DNA of 24,000 nucleotides from Spirochaetaceae bacterium (GTDB taxonomy: Bacteria > Spirochaetota > Spirochaetia > Treponematales > Treponemataceae). Both the position numbers and the translations under genes were made by a program. Numbering within the stretch: position 1 is the stretch's first letter; every line of letters begins with the position of its first letter. The notes beneath the pieces were generated by a model that saw nothing but the letters and a program-made list of their open reading frames with translations, ran no database searches and was not told the DNA's origin. The stretch spans positions 4,641 through 28,640 of the forward strand of contig JAGAAX010000028.1 in assembly GCA_017614995.1 (NCBI GenBank), in the 5' to 3' direction. Positions 16,152 through 21,454 of this stretch are shown here, in pieces.

Positions 16152-17417
16152 ATGAAAAACAAGAACATTGTTTCAAAATTGGTTTTTATTGGCGCAGTAA
16201 TTCTGGTGCTGCTTGTGGCAAATGTTGTAATCGGTTCAAAAATAACAGACCGCAAAAACGTTTATGAAGGTGCTGTTGCAGACATCAATTCTTCTGCCGG
16301 CGGAACATTCAATTCTGAAGGTTTTGCAATTGAAATACCGTATGAAGTTTATAACACAAATTATCTTGGCGAGCGCACCACAAAACAGAAAGACGGCGTT
16401 TACCGCATTTACCCTGAATCTGTAGATTATGAATGTAGTTTCAGTTCAGAAAAACGCACTTTGGGCATATATTCTTCGCCGGTTTTTACAGGGCTTTTGA
16501 ATGTTAATGCCAGTTTCAAAAATGTGACACTTCCGCAGAATACACCGTCTACTATTTATTACACTGAAAAGGCTTATTTAATCTATAAGATTTCTGACAG
16601 AAATATCATGGAAAGACCTGTTTTTAATGTGAATAAAACTGAAAACGAAACTTATTACAAAAATAATGGAATATGCTGCAATCTTGCCAATTATGTAGTC
16701 AAGCCGATAAGCGAATACAAAATTTCAGCTTCTTTTAAAATAAGAGGCGCAGAAAACATGAACTTTTGGCTTAATTCATCAAGCACAACGCTTGCTATAA
16801 ATGGCGACTGGGCTTCGCCCGGCTTTACTGGCTATTCATACCTGCCTGATGAACGCACTTTGAGTGAAGACGGTTTTTCTGCTGTATGGAATATTCCGTT
16901 TGACGCAGGTGACGGCAGTCACAGCATCGGTTTTAATTTTATTCAGCCGGTTAATCTTTATATGAAGCTACAGCGGGCAAATACTTATGCGTTTTTGTTT
17001 ATAATTGTTCCGTTCATTGTGCTTTTCATGTTTGAAATTTTTGCTTCTATAAATCTTCATCCGGTGAACTATCTGCTTAGCGGTGCGGCAAGTGTGCTTT
17101 TCTTTCTGCTGCTGCTTTCACTTTCAGAGCATATATCTTTTATTTCTTCATACATAATTGGTGCAATTGCTTCTGGTGTTCTTGTCTCGCTTTATACGGC
17201 GCTGATTACAAAGAAGTATAAGCTCGGTGCGGTTATGGCTGGCATTTTCGTAATCCTTTACGGTTATCTGCTCGGCTGCCTTCAGTCAGAAGACTATGCG
17301 CTTCTTATGGGCTCAATCTTTGCCTTTGTTGTTCTTGCCGTAATCATGTTTATGACGAGCAAAATCGACTGGTCAAACTTGAAAAAAATGGAACATGCTG
17401 ATTTAATTGAATCATGA
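16152..17417 (+). CDS. creD: Cell envelope integrity / inner membrane protein CreD
   Basis: 421 aa with an N-terminal TM helix, a large extracytoplasmic part, and a C-terminal multi-TM block. That block carries the CreD-typical YAFLFIIVPF...LHPVNYLLSGAASVLFFLLLLSLSEHISF. AGGAG lies 8 nt upstream of the ATG. Confidence 0.9.
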   Translation: MKNKNIVSKLVFIGAVILVLLVANVVIGSKITDRKNVYEGAVADINSSAGGTFNSEGFAIEIPYEVYNTNYLGERTTKQKDGVYRIYPESVDYECSFSSEKRTLGIYSSPVFTGLLNVNASFKNVTLPQNTPSTIYYTEKAYLIYKISDRNIMERPVFNVNKTENETYYKNNGICCNLANYVVKPISEYKISASFKIRGAENMNFWLNSSSTTLAINGDWASPGFTGYSYLPDERTLSEDGFSAVWNIPFDAGDGSHSIGFNFIQPVNLYMKLQRANTYAFLFIIVPFIVLFMFEIFASINLHPVNYLLSGAASVLFFLLLLSLSEHISFISSYIIGAIASGVLVSLYTALITKKYKLGAVMAGIFVILYGYLLGCLQSEDYALLMGSIFAFVVLAVIMFMTSKIDWSNLKKMEHADLIES

Positions 17418-18130
17418 CTGTTGCTTTAGTAGATGACGAAAAAAATGTCCGTCTTGCAGTCCGCACAGCACTTACCAAAGATGGTTTTGATGTAATTGAA
17501 TTTGCAGACGGACAGCAGGCTTTTGATTATGCAAGCAGAGACAATTCCAAAATGACGGTGCTTCCAGATATTTTTGTTCTGGATATTATGATGCCGGTGA
17601 TGGACGGAATTACTCTGCTTAGAAAGCTCCGCGAATCAGGCATAAAAACGCCTGTTATTTTTCTTACAAGCCGCGATGAGGAATTTGACAAGATTCTTGG
17701 GCTTGAACTTGGTGCAGATGATTATCTTTGCAAGCCTTTTTCTATAAAGGAACTTATCGCAAGAATTCATGTGATTTTAAGGCGCTGTAATGCTTCTGGT
17801 TCTGTGGGAGCTGCGCCTTCTAAGATATTGAAATCAAACGGCATTGAGCTTAATCTGCTTTCTTATACCGCAAAAATCTGCGGAAAAGATGTTGAGCTAA
17901 CTGTAACGGAATTCAGAATCTTGCAAAGTTTTATTGAGCATAAGAACGAGGTTCTTTCGCGGGAGCAGCTTATCGAAATTGCGTATCCGCAGGACACCTA
18001 TCTGAATGACAGGGCAGTGGACTGCCACATAAAGCGCCTGAGAAAGAAGATCCCGGAAAACTGCATAGAAACAATCTACGGCCTCGGCTACAAATATACC
18101 GGGTTTGCGCTTGGGCTTAATCTACAATAA
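17414..18130 (+). CDS. OmpR/PhoB-family response regulator
   Basis: Receiver domain (VDDE...LDIMMPVMDG...LTSRDEE...GADDYLCKPF) plus a winged-helix output (LTVTEFRILQSF...VDCHIKRLRKK...GLGYKY). The start overlaps the creD stop (ATGA). Confidence 0.9.
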   Translation: MTVALVDDEKNVRLAVRTALTKDGFDVIEFADGQQAFDYASRDNSKMTVLPDIFVLDIMMPVMDGITLLRKLRESGIKTPVIFLTSRDEEFDKILGLELGADDYLCKPFSIKELIARIHVILRRCNASGSVGAAPSKILKSNGIELNLLSYTAKICGKDVELTVTEFRILQSFIEHKNEVLSREQLIEIAYPQDTYLNDRAVDCHIKRLRKKIPENCIETIYGLGYKYTGFALGLNLQ

Positions 18131-18140
18131 ATGTTGGTTC

Positions 18141-18183
18141 GGCAAACCCTGCCAATTTGCATTTCATGCAAATTGGTAAAGAC
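18141..18183 (+). repeat. GGCAAACCCTG-hairpin module, copy 2
   Basis: ggcaaaccctg-CCAATTTGCA-tttca-TGCAAATTGG-taaagac. Confidence 0.8.
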
Positions 18184-18247
18184 TGGCACTATACGCTGAA
18201 AAGTACCGAATGTCATTGCCCGGCAGGTGTACAGACGCGCGCACTTC

Positions 18248-18332
18248 GTCATTGCGAGGAGCACAGCGATGAAGCAATCTGCTCCTAAAGGTTGTGCACA
18301 TCGTTGGATTGCTTCGCTTCGCTCGCAATGAC
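18248..18332. repeat. Head-out doublet of GTCATTGCGAG...GCAATC arms
   Basis: 18248..18279 is gtcattgcgaggagcacagcgatgaagcaatc. 18307..18332 reads gtcattgcgagcgaagcgaagcaatc on the minus strand. Confidence 0.85.
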
Positions 18333-18341
18333 GAGGGGCGC

Positions 18342-18373
18342 AAAAAAAAGCCTGCTCGAAATGAACAGGCTTT
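18342..18373 (-). terminator. Rho-independent terminator of luxS
   Basis: The minus strand reads AAAGCCTGttcatttcgaGCAGGCTTTTTTTTG, a stem AGCCTG/CAGGCT (extendable) followed by U8. It lies 28 nt after the luxS stop. Confidence 0.8.
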
Positions 18374-18400
18374 AGGTTTGGTATAGAATTGCGCGCTTCT

Positions 18401-18913
18401 TTATGAATCAAAGAACTTGCCTTTTTCTGTGTCAAGGCGCTCGGCTTTCGGATATTCGTAGCATGGCGAAGTCTTCAAAATTTCAGCATATTTTGCGGCT
18501 TCGTAGCGTGCATAATGAATGTTGTGCATGAGGTAGTTTCCGCAGTTTACTGCATCTGTGCCAGGCACTTTCTCGTTGAAGTTTGCGGCATATTCAAAAG
18601 CTTCAATCATAAGCTTGCCGATTACTTCGCATGGCTGCTGGTCTTTGATGATGAGATAGAAGCCTGTAAGGCAGCCCATCGGTCCCCAGTAGATAATGCT
18701 GTCTTTCCACTGTGCGTTGTTGCGGAGGTATGTAGCAATAATATGCTCAAGTGTATGCATTGCCGCAACATCAACGCAAGGCTCAATGTTCGGTTTTTTC
18801 ATGCGGATATCATAAGTTGTGATTTTGCTGCCGTTAAGAACATCTGTTCTTGAGATGTAAACGCCCGGCAGAAGGCGCGAATGGTCAACTGAAAAGCTTG
18901 GAATCAAATCCAT
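18401..18913 (-). CDS. luxS: S-ribosylhomocysteine lyase LuxS
   Basis: 170 aa with FSVDH, the metal-binding motif MHTLEHIIATYLR, and GPMGCLTGFY. AGGAG lies 6 nt upstream of the ATG. Confidence 0.95.
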   Translation of the reverse strand: MDLIPSFSVDHSRLLPGVYISRTDVLNGSKITTYDIRMKKPNIEPCVDVAAMHTLEHIIATYLRNNAQWKDSIIYWGPMGCLTGFYLIIKDQQPCEVIGKLMIEAFEYAANFNEKVPGTDAVNCGNYLMHNIHYARYEAAKYAEILKTSPCYEYPKAERLDTEKGKFFDS

Positions 18914-18935
18914 AATAATCTCCTATATGAAAAGC

Positions 18936-18944
18936 AGTATAACA
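18936..18944 (-). promoter_or_regulatory. Candidate extended -10 promoter (TGtTATACT) for luxS
   Basis: The minus strand reads tgttatact, between the upstream terminator hairpin and the luxS SD. Confidence 0.35.
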
Positions 18945-18960
18945 AGTTATTGTAATAAAT

Positions 18961-18997
18961 AAAAGCCCTGTAATGTGTGCATATTTGCAGGGCTTTT
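18961..18997 (-). terminator. Rho-independent terminator after the P-loop kinase gene
   Basis: 10-bp stem AAAAGCCCTG/CAGGGCTTTT with a 17-nt loop. On the minus strand it is followed by a U-rich stretch (uuuuauuuauu). It starts 6 nt after the stop at 19003. Confidence 0.6.
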
Positions 18998-19002
18998 ATA
19001 GA

Positions 19003-19617
19003 TTATGTTTGGCCTGATGCTTTATCATTGTCGGGCGTGACCCGACAATCTCTCGTATAATGACAGGCTGGTGCACATGCGCGCGCTTGTTGCAAGATAT
19101 GGTCTGCCATTTTGTCGGCATCAAACATGAAAGTGTTTGAAATTTCAAGATTTGGAATATCGAATTTTTTGCAGTCATCTTTGAATTCTTTGCTGCACAA
19201 AATGAGACGCTCCAAATCAAGTTCTTCGGGCATACGCTTTTCGATTGCACTTGCTTTGTCAGCAACAAGGTCAAAATGTTCTCGCAGATATTCTTCGCTC
19301 ATTGTTATGAATGTGCAGTAAATTTTTGAAAGATAATCCTGTGTAAAGCTTTCTTTCCATTCACCCGGAATGTAGCAGCCTTCTATAATGAGATTCTGGT
19401 TGTTTTCAATTGCGGTTTTAATAATCTCCGCGGCGAACGGCCACAAAAAGTAGCGCATTTCGTAGTCGTCTTCTACGGTCAGCTCTGTGCGCTTTGTGCG
19501 GATAAAACCCATTTTCAGGTGGTCAAGGCTCATATACGGAAAGCCTGTGCGTTCAAGCAGCTTTTGCGACACAAGTGTTTTCCCCACATGGCTCGACCCG
19601 CCGATTAAAATAATCAT
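19003..19617 (-). CDS. P-loop NTPase/kinase (2-phosphoglycerate-kinase-like AAA ATPase)
   Basis: Walker A motif MIILIGGSSHVGKT and the DHLKMGFIR motif seen in small P-loop kinases annotated as 2-phosphoglycerate kinase-like. The last ~20 codons are translated from a hairpin repeat (19024..19050), so the true C-terminus is uncertain. Confidence 0.7.
   Translation of the reverse strand: MIILIGGSSHVGKTLVSQKLLERTGFPYMSLDHLKMGFIRTKRTELTVEDDYEMRYFLWPFAAEIIKTAIENNQNLIIEGCYIPGEWKESFTQDYLSKIYCTFITMSEEYLREHFDLVADKASAIEKRMPEELDLERLILCSKEFKDDCKKFDIPNLEISNTFMFDADKMADHILQQARACAPACHYTRDCRVTPDNDKASGQT
19024..19050 (+). repeat. Single GTCATT-type hairpin repeat (aTCA variant) inside the 3' end of the kinase ORF
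   Basis: aTCA-TTGTCGGG-cgtga-CCCGACAA-TC. The stem is identical to the copy at 11854. Confidence 0.8.
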
Positions 19618-19665
19618 AGTTGGTTCTCGGTAAATCCTTTAGTAATTGAGCAGTAACTTTTCTGG

Positions 19666-19688
19666 CGGAAATCCGTTACTTGCGTCCG
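19666..19688 (+). repeat. 23-nt repeat, partner of 11749..11771
   Basis: cggaaatccgttacttgcgtccg, preceded by ttttctggcggaaa (19658..19671). That 14-mer also occurs as a direct copy at 11682..11695. Confidence 0.9.
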
Positions 19689-19779
19689 TCTCACTGCTCG
19701 CGTGGGATAATTGGTGGTTAGACTCGCTTCGCTCGCTCCCCGGGTTTGCGTTTGGTCTAATCAATGAATAAGCTTATGT

Positions 19780-19823
19780 GGCAAACCCTGCTAGTTTTCA
19801 CTTTGTGAAAACTAGTGTAGGTC
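19780..19823 (+). repeat. GGCAAACCCTG-hairpin module, copy 3 (different stem)
   Basis: ggcaaaccctg-CTAGTTTTCAC-tttg-TGAAAACTAG-tgtaggtc. Confidence 0.75.
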
Positions 19824-19843
19824 TGTGCAAAGCACGCGCCTTT

Positions 19844-19890
19844 GTCATTGCGAAAATCGGTCACTGAGCGGAGTCGAAGTGACCGATTTT
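19844..19890 (+). repeat. GTCATTGCG-led hairpin with a 12-bp stem
   Basis: gtcattgcg-AAAATCGGTCAC-tgagcggagtcgaa-GTGACCGATTTT, with stems at 19853..19864 and 19879..19890. Confidence 0.75.
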
Positions 19891-19925
19891 TCATTTTATT
19901 GTGGCTTCGACTACGCTCAGCCACC

Positions 19926-19953
19926 GCACCCTTTGCGCACCAGTTACCAGTTT
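19926..19953 (+). repeat. 28-nt direct repeat, copy 1 (contains tandem ACCAGTT ACCAGTT)
   Basis: gcaccctttgcgcaccagttaccagttt matches 20144..20171 at 26 of 28 positions. Confidence 0.85.
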
Positions 19954-20143
19954 GTCTTTTCGCAACAGCTTTATCTTCTGTTAAGGTTTATTCTGCGAAA
20001 AGCGCCGCTTTTTCCTGCGTAAAAACCGGCAGCTTGTGTATCAACTACAAAAGTTGCCGGTGTACAATATCTTTCAAGTTTTGCGAAGCAAAACTTGCAG
20101 CGGTGCGCCAGATAAAGCTTATTATTTGGATTAAGCTTAATGC

Positions 20144-20171
20144 GCACCCGTTGTGCACCAGTTACCAGTTT
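20144..20171 (+). repeat. 28-nt direct repeat, copy 2
   Basis: gcacccgttgtgcaccagttaccagttt. Confidence 0.85.
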
Positions 20172-20239
20172 TGCGAAGCAAAAGTGGGCCGTTTTGCCAG
20201 ATAATTCTAACTCTGTAGATTAATCCAAAGGCAAAACGC

Positions 20240-21216
20240 CTACATAATTGTATTCATAACCGCTGCGAAGGCTTTGACTTGGTCGAGCTTTTCTTCGTCG
20301 TTGATGATGATGCGGTGGGCTTTCTTCTGAATTGCAGCCGGGCTTAAGCCGTTTGCTGTGTCTGCGTCAAGGTATTCTATGAGAAGCTCTTCTGCATATT
20401 CTGCTTCTGATTCATCAAATTGAACTTCTGTTATGTAGACGCTGCCTTTTTTAGTTGATTTGACGGCAACTGCTTCTTCATCGTCAAGCTCAATTTCTTC
20501 TTCTTCGTCAGCATCTTCGGCATCTTCAGCTTCGCTGTCTTCTTCATCGGCGTCTGCCGCTGCCACAGCTTCGGCTTTTTCTTCTGTTCCGTCTGTTTCA
20601 AATTTGCAGTTAAGATAAGCGTTCTCAAAAGCTGTTTCTGTTACCAAGTTGCATTTCTTTGCGAACGGATTATATTGCAGCTTAATCTGAATTTCGTTGT
20701 CTTTGTACAAATCAAGTTCAGACTTGTATATACAGGCGTCAATTTCGGCTTTAGAAAGGTCTTTTTTGCCTTTGTTAAACTGAATAGAAATTTTGGTGAT
20801 TTCAACAGTGTTGTTTTTGGAGGCTGCTGCCTTTTTGCGCATTGTCTTTTCATCACCTGTTTTATTCTCGTTTCTACAGGCTTCTCTTTTTATGCCAAAA
20901 GATGCTATATCTTTGCTTGCAATCTGCTTTTTGTAAAGCTGCTTGTGGTTTTCATCATAAACGATGTAATCAAAAGTTATCTTTTTGATTGGCTGGTCGC
21001 TGATGTTGGTAAAACTGATTGTTGTCGTATCTTTATAAATAGCAGAACTGCCGCCTTTTCTAGAAACCAGACCAGCTTCTGTCACATAATTGATAACAAT
21101 TGGTGTGGAATAATCTGCAAAAGCTTCTTTTAAAATGTCCTGTTCAGAGGCTGCGAATAAAGCCCCCCCCCCGCAATCATAAGACACATTGCGAGGATGC
21201 GAAATTTCTTGTTCAT
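20240..21216 (-). CDS. Secreted acidic protein of unknown function, out of frame at a G10 tract (candidate phase-variable gene)
   Basis: ATG 21216, with AGGAG 6 nt upstream, encodes MNKKFRILAMCLMIAGGG, a signal-peptide-like start. It runs into G10 (21163..21172) and stops at 21130..21132. The 315-aa ORF (20240..21187) is in another frame and has only a GTG start without an SD. A tract of 11 or 8 G fuses the two frames. The protein has a D/E-rich stretch (ADADEEDSEAEDAEDADEEEEIELDDEE). Confidence 0.7.
21163..21172 (-). repeat. Homopolymeric G10 tract (C10 on the plus strand) in the signal-peptide coding region
   Basis: Ten consecutive C at 21163..21172. I noticed no other G/C homopolymer of 8 or more in the window. 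Confidence 0.95.
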
Positions 21217-21250
21217 AAACTTCTCCTATGTTTAAGTGAAACTAAAGAAA

Positions 21251-21278
21251 AGTATATCACGTTTCGGCTGTTTGTAAA
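21251..21278 (-). promoter_or_regulatory. Candidate promoter of the poly-G gene
   Basis: The minus strand reads TTTACA (21278..21273), a 16-nt spacer, then TATACT (21256..21251). It lies about 35 nt upstream of ATG 21216. Confidence 0.35.
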
Positions 21279-21309
21279 TTAAAAAATCTTTAAAATCTGC
21301 AAAATATGC

Positions 21310-21412
21310 AAAAAAACAAGAGCCTGCTCCCGGCGGATTCTGTTCCGGAAATTAATTCACAGCTTTGCTGTTCATGCAATTTCCGTCACAGACTCCGCCT
21401 GCGCAGGCTCTT
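21310..21412 (-). terminator. Long three-segment hairpin plus U7, probable terminator of the GH3 gene
   Basis: Paired segments are 21318..21327 with 21403..21412 (10 bp perfect), 21332..21337 with 21394..21399 (6 bp), and 21346..21353 with 21378..21385 (8 bp). On the minus strand the hairpin is followed by G + T7. Confidence 0.6.
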
Positions 21413-21454
21413 GGATGTGCACATTTGTGCAGTTTCAAATTTTTTTCTGCAAGT

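Noticed and set aside
19842-20204. 120-aa ORF (plus strand), with the similar repeat-spanning ORFs 19825..20022, 18088..18435, 10222..10437, 10279..10479 and 11568..11915
   Set aside because: All are read-throughs of repeat modules (for example LRGAKRRGNL comes from the GTCATTGCGAG arm). They lack SDs and have low-complexity Arg/Cys/Ser composition.
2682-20240. CRISPR array as an explanation for the recurring palindromic repeats
   Set aside because: The repeats are not in a regularly spaced tandem series. They occur singly or as inverted doublets scattered over 17 kb, their sequences vary, and no cas genes are present.
20470-20580. Short GAx-rich nucleotide periodicity in the acidic region of the poly-G gene as a second slippage site
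   Set aside because: This is only imperfect codon-level low complexity (for example gcatcttcggcatcttcagc). I could verify no exact tandem repeat units of constant length.
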